Below are positions 49,901 through 61,900 of a stretch of DNA of 64,000 nt, piece by piece. Location: positions 1,259,052 through 1,323,051 of the forward strand of contig NMRA01000019.1 of the NCBI GenBank assembly GCA_002633005.1. The letters run 5' to 3'. How positions within the stretch are numbered: the stretch's first letter is position 1; the number at the start of each line of letters is the position of its first letter. The DNA is from Phoronis australis. Lineage: Eukaryota > Animalia > Phoronida. The position numbers and the translations under genes are program-made. The notes below the pieces were generated by a model, which saw only the letters and a list, made by a program, of their open reading frames with translations, had not been told where the DNA came from and did not search any database.

Positions 49901-52900
49901 ATATACACTCCAAACTTCCGCCGTGTTTTAAAAAGAACGCAAAAGTTTTGCTGATCTTGCGAGGGACTTGTTCAATTATGGTCTGGCCTTTCAGAGTGTA
50001 CTTGTCAATGGGATTGTGGTATTACAGTTTCTTTCCCGCACAGATCTTCTCCCTCAACAGGAATCCAAATTTTTTGTATATGTGAAAACCGCGAATCGAA
50101 GACTAATAAAAACTTGACCTTAGTTAGAAGCACGTGGCCAAGAAGCGCACGCTACATACAAGTACCTGTCATCGAATATTAGTCTTCAGGAACTATCTAT
50201 TCATGAAAGGGGTAGCATAGCATAGGCGAGAAATCAATACTGGCACTTATTTCCGAAAGTTTCTACTATCGTAAAAACGTTTGCCTTATTTTTATGAGGA
50301 ATTACTAAATTAATCGGAATTGGGGTTTCTAAAGTCAAAATGACAAACTGATAGTGAAAACTTCCGCACCCTTACACCCCTGAATCTCCCGATCGTTACA
50401 TCGCGTTCACTCTGGCAAATGAACTCTGATGACACGCACGCGCTCCTTCACTCACACACGCAGAGGAACTTCAAATAAATATCACGTGACAACAACATGT
50501 GTGTTCGTCCAGAGATTTTCTCTCAGAAAACGATCTAGCGCAGATATGGACTTAATATGGACTGAGTAAATTTCGACTCCACGGGAACTTAAAAATGTTA
50601 AGGACGCTATTTTGAAAACTTAAGGAGGACTTCAGGTAATTAGTTGAGTCGAAACTATATTTCTACTCATGAATTCAAGTTAACCTATTGGCGATCGCGA
50701 GGCAGCGACACATCAGTCGGCGGGTTTTCGCACTTCAGCTAGGTAATTAGTCCTAACAAAAAGAGTATACCGGCTCGACTCTGCACGTTTAAGCTGCCGG
50801 TGCCAGTTTACGATTCCTCTGGCCCAATGCTCCTGGGAACCGCAGTGTTCTATCCCGATGTTTCCGTGGCTCGACATTCCCCAGGCCCGACGTTGCATAA
50901 CCGTCAGTCAGCTGTTAGCGATCATTTTACTCATCTCTTCATACACCCTCCCCCTTAGCTCCAATTTTCACTCCCCGGGTCGTCAGTCAACAACGTCGTA
51001 GATTTTTCAGACTCGAACTGTTAGAGAAAACACCGTACTAATTAACTCAGTGCAATTGTTCTTCAAAATGCTATTTGTATTTTTAATGGCCCACTTTTGC
51101 ACGTGGTTCGGTTTTAGTTGTGAAAAAGCCGCATAGACGAAAACAAAATGTTATGGGCGTTTTTTGAGATTTCATCTTGAAATGCTAATTTCTCTTAGTT
51201 CTGCCTGAAACATGGTCACAGTTAATAAGAGATTTGATATAAAGCTCAAACACGTATTCTACAGGATTTCTACTTTCAGAAAATGTATGCATTTATCCAG
51301 TTAAATTCTATATTCCTGTTCATATTTGGCTAAATTCTCGCACTTGTGGAAAAGGTCTTTCACAATTTCAGCTCCCAGCATAACAAGTCACTGAAAATAG
51401 TCCATTCTGGTTGAGAGTGCAAACCTCACTAAAACTGACTTATTGTTACCTGGTAGGGTATATTGTAAACACACTCACAATAGCTTGGGGGAGGTCTTTT
51501 GTGTTGTGCTTATTCACATTCTGAATAGAAGTAGATCTAAGTATTGCTAAATAAGATAATTACCCCAACCAAAACCTCTGAACACCTGCCCAGTATGATC
51601 CCATCCCCATAACATACAATGCTATGCAAAAAAATGGCCATTTACAAAACATTAGAAGCCTTTGACATAGCAAAAACTTAAGATCAATTTTGGTGATTAA
51701 TGGTCTCCAAACCTGGTGAAATTTCACCTTAGCTTAAAAATTAAATTACTCTACACAACCCAGACACAATGGCCCAGTTGACATGGCAAACTCAAAGAAC
51801 CACAAATTCCCAGGCTGTTTACAGCTCATTGCTCTTAAAAAGTATAGATTAGTAAATGCGTGAAGCAATGAATAATTATTTTAGAGATCTATAACCACTC
51901 GTTTTACCTGAAGTGTTAGTTTTGGATTCTTATAAACATCAGCACCATAGAGAGGGGACTGTTCACCACAAGCTAGGGTCTGGAGAATAGCGCCCTGAAA
52001 TAAGCACATACAATCATTAAACTTTCCACAATCACAAAATTCATTGCTTCACAATCAGGTAATGATTAGAATTTCCAAATGATAATAAAATAAACACAGT
52101 GAGCTTCCCATTGCAACATGAAAAACTTACCTCATGAGAGAAGTGAAGATCATATGGTAGATAGTTGTGTAGCACCACCGGTGGATGGATATGGATTGAT
52201 ATGCTGGAGTAAGGCTTTAGGTTGTGAGCCGATGACACACTAGTCTCCTTGTAAACCACCTATGGACCAAGGAGACTACAGTCAGTCAAAAAAGGACAGT
52301 TCACACATCTGTAATGTTTTGAATATGCTCAGAAAGGATGAAATCATGATCAGGAAACTTTTCAAGAATACGTCACGTACTATGGTCACTCAATCTTGTC
52401 CTATGGTCACCCAATCTTGTCATATGGTTACTCAACAGTGTTAAATGAATCATATCAGGATATTACATCTCTGTGTCAAACACAGAGAGTTGCAGCATAT
52501 ATAATTGTCTGGCAAAGAAGATGACAATACTTGACTTTCTTCGGAATGGGCCCTTTTGAGGAGCCTGTCAAGATAATCCTATTCAGCTCGAGAACAGCGA
52601 ATACTTAAGTGAAATCCGGCAACCAACCTTGAAGTTAAATATTTTATCAGGGTTATCCAAGGCCAGGCTCACAAACATCCTGTCCTTTGTCTTGAGTGAT
52701 CCCAGCTCCTGACACCAGATGGCATCCACAGCTCGTAAGAAGCTGGAGTGAAAAGAGAAATCAAAATGTATAATGAGAGTGCGTAGAAGTGTGAAAACTT
52801 ATATACAAAGAAATTCATTCACAGTGGTCATCAATATCACCGGGAATTTCCACAGATAAACCCATGGGCGTGTATTCAGTAAATGGAAATTTTCAGGCGT

Positions 52901-55900
52901 TTTAGCAACATCAAATAATGCCTGGGCGTTTATTCGGAAAAAGGGGCATGTAAACGGAAAGCCATAGTTTTGCTTGACTGCGCTTTTAAAGTTCGCCAAC
53001 ACCTCATTCATTTTTATAAATGATAAATGCTCCACAAAACTAAATTTGTGACAAAAAGTTGACGCTAAGTGGGCTTTTAAGGGGAAAATTTCCAAATAAA
53101 CGTCCCACTGTCTGGACACTTGACACCACAAGTTGTAACACCAAATAAACGCCCTTGGGTGTGTATTTGGCATAATTCTTTGAATAAATGCCCATGGGTA
53201 TTTCATCAGGTGGGCTTATCTACGGAAAACCCTGAACTGGTAATATCTGGTATTCAAGGAAGTGTAGGTTATGTATGAGATCAGCACTTTAGGAAATGTG
53301 GAATGTGTTAAAAAGTTCGCATGGTGTGCAAAACAATAACTTTGACCATTTTGTGAAGCTTAACAGGATAACTGGATGCAATTTTCACAACCTCATAAGT
53401 GGGCAACAAATTAACATCGAGGCACTAATTTCTGCCATGCCCAATTCTATTTACAGTATATGACACATTCGGCAAAATGACCCGGAATTCGTCGTCATGA
53501 TGGCTGGACGGAAGCCAGATACATCGTTATAATAGCCTAAAGTCATGGCGTGGAATGAACCAGAGAGTGAGTAAGGTGGAAATGCTATTCATTGAAAATT
53601 GCTGCAATGACAGTTTATTGTGTGTCATTTTAGATAAAAACCTTCATGACGGAGAAAAGGTGTTTTGTCAGATTACTATTGGAATGTAGTGTGAATCATA
53701 TTGTACGGTGACAAGGATACAGTGGGCATGATTCATCACACTTGCATTTCAGTATAATCCCACTGGACTGACCTGCTTTCTGCAGGACGCAGATACAACT
53801 TGCAGTGATAAGCAACTAGGAGTGGTACATCATAGGTATCCCCTGACTCCAGCACTGACAGCCTCGAGAATCCCTCACCAGAGGGCAGGCTGCTTGCAAA
53901 CCCAGATACATGTTGGTTGAGCTCTTCAGTTTTAGCATAGACCTCCACGGGCAGGCTAAGATGGTTATAGACCTGCAACAGTCAGAATCAACCTTGAGCT
54001 TAAGTCTTAGATCCTTAACCCTAAATTCTGTGTCCTGCTTCAACACTGCTTTCACATTGGGTGGTTCAAACTTTCACAACCTTATTTACTGACAGATTTC
54101 AGCAAATTAACATCAAAACCTAATTAATGTAATTGGAAGTCAAGGTGTCTGATGCTTAGTTGGAATAGCCAGGGGGGCACATCATTGTATTGCCACTCAA
54201 TAGATGTTTACCTGGAATTAACCACCACATAACGTAGAATTGTTGTGAGGACTTGACAGGGACCTCAGGGGTCTCACACTCCACAGATTTATCCACATTA
54301 TTTTGAAAGCGCTTTGTCCAGTCACTCATCGTGTGTCATAAAAGAGATAAGCATACCTGCAGCTGACGCAGCAAGTAGAACTACTCTTGTTTATCACATT
54401 GGTGTAGACTTACAGTTGAACTGTGGTTTTGTGTTGACCCCAGACCGTCCTGAGTTGCGCCATATACCAACTCCGGACGGTCTCTCATGACGATTTAACG
54501 TTATGAGTTAAACCAGGCAGGTTCTTGTATAATCTGTTAGGTTTAAATGTCTAAGGGCTACAAGCTGTAAACAGCAGGATTCTTTTAACTGCGCTTCAAG
54601 TGCCTGATTCAGCAGCAACATAAAATCTATTGGCTACTGTCTCGATACAATACCTGCAGAGGAGACCTGAATGTAACAACAGTTTGTCCAGACTCTCTGT
54701 TCACTTGGTACACTACGCAGTAAACGCTGTCATCCTGTAAGTAGACATGAATAGAATAGACCCTTCACTGTATTTCTGTGTTCATGATGTGACATTAAAA
54801 CACTGTCTTTCTTTAGGAGTGATTAGTCACTTTTTAATGTCAAATTACATTGATCACGAGTAATGTTTTCTCACTCGTCCACAATGCTAAGAAAGAACAT
54901 TATCAAAATAACAAATCTAACACCTAACCTTCTTAGGAGACAGAGGGGTGTAGAAGGTGCCCTCTTTCTTATAAGGTAGTTGGAACAAAGCGTCGAACTG
55001 GTCCACCTGAAATTAAAGTTGAAATTCATTAACAGCACAACACAAAAGCACAATATGTATGGCACATGTAGACGCAAGCAGAAATAACTATATGTATGGC
55101 ACATGTGGACACAGGCAGAAATAACTATATGTATGGTACATGTAGACGCAGGCAGAAATAACTATATGTATGGCACATATAGACACAGGCAGAAATAACT
55201 ATATGTACGGTACATGCAGGCAGAAATAACTATATGTACGGTACATGCAGGCAAAAATAACTATATGTACCGTACATGCAGGCAGAAATAACTATATGTA
55301 CGGTACATGTAGACACAGGGAGAAATACCTATATGTATGGTACATGTAGACACAGGCAGAAATAACTAGTATGAAAATGATATGAGAAACAAGGTGATTT
55401 ACAGATAAGAAGATTAATCTAAGTCCTCACAGGATTGCTGAATGTACAAACATCAACATTAACATGAACAAACGACGTTGATTTTTTCAAATTTATTTAT
55501 GAGGCGCTGTTTATGCAGACCAGACATACGCCTATGTGGCCTAATATAAGCTCAACTTACCTGAATGTTCATTTTGTCTTTCTCTGCGGTGACCTGAACA
55601 GGTTCAAACACATCATCCTGTGCTCCTGCCGTGGGAACAATCACACTCACTGTTGTCCTGGCAATTCTTGACAGAGTCCTCTGTAGGAAGCTAAGACTAT
55701 CTGGTTCATCACTGAAGAAGAAACGTGTATAGTTCGGTAGCAGCAAAGATTGTGGAATCCCTATTGATCAGTTTCAAAAAAAACTGTGTTGAATGAGCAG
55801 CTCATAGGTGTGTACCGCACACTGGCCGTTTCGTTAGGCTTGTGAGCTTCCTACCATGTGATATACATTCACACTCTCTGCTTGTATGCCCCTCTTTCTG

Positions 55901-58900
55901 CTGTCACGTGTATTTACTGTTTATTTCCCTTCGGATATGTTCATTTCATTTATTGCCTGATGACGAGACATGCGGTCTCCAAATTAAAATAGCTAGTGTC
56001 TTATTTCTTTGTCTGTTATATCTCTCGGTGTTTTGCTACATGGTTGCCCAATTGAAGAAAGGAGATTGTTTAGAGACTCAAAGAGCGAGTCTGTAATAAG
56101 CTGTCAAACAAAAAGTACAGTCGTGTCTTCAACGAAGTTTGAGAAGAACAAATTCCAGAATATTACTTAAACCAAACAGATAACACCTAGGAACTAAATC
56201 TTAAACATGCTTTCGTCTATGACAACAAAACATTGACAGACTAAACTAATGTTTATCAACATGATTATATTCTCAGTACACTGTCAACTTTAAAGGAAAC
56301 TAGTTCTGGTGTCCAAAACCCCTAAACATCCCAGTCTCTGATCAACCACAAAGACAAAATTAGTGTTAGTAGTTGCAGTAGGATAACAACTGATGTAGCC
56401 ACAAGTATTCAAAAGGAGGAGGCAAACACGATATTGTTGGCAACTCACAGGGGAAGGGGGTCTGGATGGCCAATCACAAATTGGAAACAAGTTTCGACCA
56501 GGAGGAGGACTTTTTGCAATGAATAGGGTCATGGCCACATCGTGTCTCCTAGTGTGGCTTCTCCAGCGAGCTAACATCTTGCACATTAAAGCTGAATCCA
56601 TATCATTGGAGTACACCAGTTACCTTGACATTACAGACTTTCCCATCTATTGGTTGGTTGGCTTACTAAGTGATTCAGTCCAGCTGACAGAGTTCCTTCT
56701 CTGGCTTATAGAACAGCTATTTGATGTAAAATACTCCAACTTGCAGACACTTGGCCCGGGAAAACCAAACCCATTACTTCACACTAGACGAAAATTGACC
56801 AATCACAGTGTGTGAAGTTTGAAAGTTTACTGTCTGGTAGTATGCCATATGATTGGCCAATTTCCAGTCAAGTCTCGTATTGGTGACACTCAGACCCTGG
56901 TTTACATGAGATACAAGACAAAGTCATGATCCCCCAACAAAGTAACCCCCCGTCCTAACATAAACGTCTTACACATCAGACTCAGTATCCTCTTCTTCAT
57001 CTAAACTGTCCTCTGGTCCGGACTCCAGCCAACTGCGGTCATCAGTCAAACTGGGTACCAGCACACAGTTGTACAGGCTGTTGTCGTTTACCTGCAAATA
57101 GGTGGTTTTGATCAAATGTAGAAGCATAATTGTCAAAAATGACATGTTTTGCGCGCCTTTCATCTGTCAGCCTTAATAATTCACTTATTATAATAATTAG
57201 TTTCCCAGTTTCATGGATCACAGTAGAACATTTAGACAAATTGTACAGACGTGCTTCAGAGGTTAGGCTCACTTTTGTGTTTTTATTCAGGCACAACTTG
57301 AGGTTGACTCCCAGCTGGTTGTGAAACTCCATCTGTGGCAGGTTAGCAACACATCTCAGGGTGTTGGTCGGCTCACGACTCATGGCCTGTGAAATAACAG
57401 TACACAGAAATTATAGTTAAATTAAGTCACCTGGCACTGAGTGTAGGACCACTTCATGCAACAGTCCTTGAACAAAATCCTTATAGGGACTTCCCTAACT
57501 AGTTTGGGAACTTGGTTAAGTCCCTAATTAGGGACTGTTTCATGCAACCAGGCAGTGCCCATTTTTCAGGAAATATGTTTAACTGTAGCTAGCACTTGAT
57601 TCCATAACATAATTTAGATATTAGTTGACAGACACGTTTTCTAAAAAAATTAAACGCAAACAATTAATTGGACTTCAAACAAAAATCAACTGTAGATTTA
57701 AATTATGACAACTAGATTGAAACAGAATAATACATAAAACATGAAAACAAACAAACTGGTTTACTTAGCTAATGTGTATTACATTAATTGTATTTGCCTG
57801 TTCCTAACTGTGATAATATATAGCAGGAACTATTTACAAGAGCAACGCAGAGCGTTGAAATGCGCCCACAATTGCACCGTATATGGTATCCTTCTAGGGT
57901 TGTTCATTGGTACCATAAAGTGGCCAGTAGAGGGCATACCGTATATGTAGTATGTTGTACTTTGCAAAATGGAAAGGCATGGTCATTGTCTCCTCAATAG
58001 GCTACGGGCAAAATGTGAGTGATCTTCATAATACAAGCACATCCTATACATTAGATGCTTAAAGCACCACAGAAACATACCGTAATCGTTCGGGTTAACG
58101 CCCATGCTCAGTTAACCGCCCATCCCCGACTTTCAGTGGATTTTCGATTTAACCGCCCACTGCTCGGTTAACCGCCCCCCCTGCGATTTTTGAAGATTTC
58201 AAGTTAAACGCCCACCTCTCGGTTCAACGCCCCTCCCCGACTTTTAAAGAATGAAGATTTAGCGCCTAGTGCTAAGGAAATGCGAGATTACCCGACTTTT
58301 AGAAAAAGATCGATGATCACAACGAGTGCAACGACGTCGGGACTCCGAGACAGTGGTTTAGCAATCTGAATTACAATACAGGTAACGAGTTATTGTCTTG
58401 GGTCATGAACTCACTTCAAAATATAATACTTGAACCTTTTTGTCACTTTATTTTCTTCCCTTGTTTGCTAAATTTAAGAAACAATGCTGCCGGCGTCAAA
58501 ACCTCCGCTTTCAGCGACTTTGTCTGCCGCGCTGAGTTTCCATCTGCAGTGCACTAGATAAAACATATATTCGAAAAAATCAGGCCAGAGAAATGTGACA
58601 ATGGTTTTGCCAATCCTACAAATTCTATTAAGGTGGGAAGCTCTCGTATTTTGAACAAATCTCACAACTCACGGAAAGATGTCAAATTCTCAATATTTCG
58701 ATGAATATAACTGCCGGGTTATAGAGGATGTGAGGCGACCGAAGGGACAGTACAAGTGCCTTACTGGCTTACCGATTTCGTTGCTGCCTGTCGATTTCTG
58801 AATTCAAACGTTGGCAATAATGTATGTTTGTGTATGATCTTGAAGTAATAAAAAACGGCTAATCAAATTTTGTTTTTCGCTTATTGCATCTCGGTCAAAC

Positions 58901-61900
58901 TGGTTAGCAGATTTAACTAATGTCGCTGGCTGTTATTTACTATTTGTTGCGTCAGCCCCCACGAAAGCGTGACAGTGTGAATTATCGTTTCCACATTCCA
59001 TTTTTAGCCATCCAGAATAATTTTGTTTATACATTGGCCATTTTCAGCCTGAACAAAAATTCTTACCATTCGACTCTGAAATATCTACGATGTAGACTGC
59101 TTGACGATAGTGTGTAGGAGGTTCACGCAGCTAGTTACAGGGATGGGCTTAGGGAGCATCGAGCCGGGAAATATGGGAATAGACTTGACATCGCAGTTTT
59201 GGGGAACATAGGCAACGGAGGAATATCGTAAATAACTGGGTCTTTCGTAACAACAGCTTAAAAGTACATAGTCACGCCCGTTTTTGTTACTTCGTCGGAC
59301 TGTCGCTATGTGTGACTGATTTGTAGTGGTGCACGTGCGCAAGTTCCCACACTTTGNACATGTAGACGCAAGCAGAAATAACTATATGTATGGTACATGT
59401 AGACGCAAGCAGAAATAACTATATGTATGGTACATGTAGACGCAAGCAGAAATAACTATATGCATGGTACATGTAGACGCAGGCAGAAATAACTATGTGT
59501 ACCGTACATGTACACGCAAGCAGAAATAACTATATGTATGGTACATGTAGACGCAAGCAGAAATAACTATATGTACCGTACATGCAGGCAGAAATAACTA
59601 TATGTACGGTACATGTAGACACAGGGAGAAATCCCTATATGTATGGTACATGTAGACACAGGCAGAAATAACTACATGAAAATGATATGAGAAACAAGGT
59701 GATTTACAGACAAGAAGATTAATCTAAATCCTCACAGGATTGCTGAATGTACAAACATCAACATTAACATGAACAAACGACGCTGATTTTTTCAAATTTA
59801 TTTATGAGGCACTGTTTATGCAGACCAGACATACGCCCATGTGGCCTAATGTAAGCTCCACTTACCTGAATGTTCATTTTGTCTTTCTCTGCTGTGACCT
59901 GAACAGGTTCAAACACATCATCCTGTGCTCCTGCCGTGGGAACAATCACACTCACTGTTGTCCTGGCAATTCTTGACAGAGTCCTCTGTAGGAAGCCAAG
60001 ACTATCTGGTTCATCACTGAAGAAGAAATTTGTATAGTTCGGTAGCAGCAAAGATTGTGGAATCCTTATTGATCAGTCACAAAAAACCTGTGTTGAATGA
60101 GCAGCTCATAGGTGTGTACCACACACTGGCCGTTTCGTTAGGCTTGTGAGCTTCCTACCGTGTAATATACATTCACACTCTCTGCTTGTATGCCCCTCTT
60201 CCTGCTGTCACGTGTATTTACTGTTTATTTCCCTTCGGATATGTTCATTTCACTTATTGCCTGATGACGAGACATGCGGTCTCCAAATTAAAATAGCTAG
60301 TGTCTTATTTCTTTGTCTGTTATATCTCTCTGTGTTTTGCTACATGGTAGCACACTTGAAGAAAGGAGATTGTTTAGAGACTCAAAGAGCGAGTCTGTAA
60401 TAAGCTGTCAAACAAAAAGTACAGCCGTGTCTTCAACGAAGTTTGAGAAGAACAAATTCCAGAACATTACTTAAACCAAACAGATAACACCTAGGAACTA
60501 AATCTTAAACATGCTTTCTGTGACAACAAAACATTGACAGACTAAACTAATGTTTATCAACATGATTATATTCTAAGTACACTGTCAACTTTAAAGGAAA
60601 CTAGTTCTGGTGTCCAAAAGCCCTAAACATCCCAGTCTCTGATCAACCACAAAGACAAAATTAGTGTTAGTAGCTGCAGTAGGATAACAACTGATGTAGC
60701 CACAAGTATTCAAAAGGAGGAGGCAAACATGATATTGTTGGCAACTCACAGGGGAAGGGGGTCTGGAAGGCCAATCACAAATTGGAAACAAGTTTCGACA
60801 AGGAGGAGGACTTTTTGCAATGAATAGGGTCATGGCCACATCGTGTCTCCTAGTGTGGCTACTCCAGCGAGCTTAACATCTTGCACATTAAACCTGAATC
60901 CATATCATTGGAGTACACCAGTTACCTTGACATTACAGACTTTCCCATCTATTGGTTGGTTGGCTTACTAAGTGATTCAGTCCAGCTGACAGAGTTCGTT
61001 CTCTGGCTTATAGAACAGCCATTTGATGTAAAATACTCAAACTTGTAGACACATGGCCCGGGAAAACCAAACCCATTACTTAACACTAGACAAAAATCGA
61101 CCAATCACAGTGTGTGAAGTTTGAAAGTTTACTGTCTGGTAGTATGCCATATGATTGGCCAATTTCCAGTCAAGTCTCGTATTTGGTTACACTCAGACCC
61201 TGGTTTACACGAGATACAAGACAAAGTCCTGATCCCCCAACAAAGTAACCCTCCGTCCTAACATAAACGTCTTACACATCAGACTCAGTATCCTCTTCTT
61301 CATCTAAACTGTCCTCTGGTCCGGACTCCAGCCAACTGCGGTCATCAGTCAAACTGGGTACCAGCACACAGTTGTACAGGCTGTTGTCGTTTACCTGCAA
61401 ATAGGTGGTTTTCATCAAATGTAGAAGCATAATTGTCTGCATATTGTCAAAAATGACATGTTTTAAGTACCAAATGAGGCATTCAAAGATATGGCAAATG
61501 TGTAGAACAAACAGTGTCCACTTGAACAGGAAGAACATAAAATTCATCTGATGACAACTCTTTACCTTATAGTATTTACCGCGCAATGGACAAATGCAAA
61601 CTTATTTTTCTCTACCACTAGCTTTGTCTATATTGTTCAGATGACATAAACCACCATATGGCAAAGTTTCTATAATTTGCAGCAAGATAAATACAGAAAA
61701 TTACAATTGTGGCGATTACTTTTGTGCAAAATACATAAAGATTTTCTACATCATGTCACTGAAAGATCTCGCACATTTGGGATTAAAATTAACTTTGCGT
61801 GCCTTTCATCTAACTGTCAGTCTTAATAATTCACTTATTATTCTAATTAGTTTCCCAGTTTCATGGATCACAGTAGCACATTTAGACAAATTGTACAGAC

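Noticed and set aside
50713-50898. CpG-rich short ORF in the 48435-51907 intron
   Set aside because: No recognisable domain in any frame; probably the interior of another repeat.
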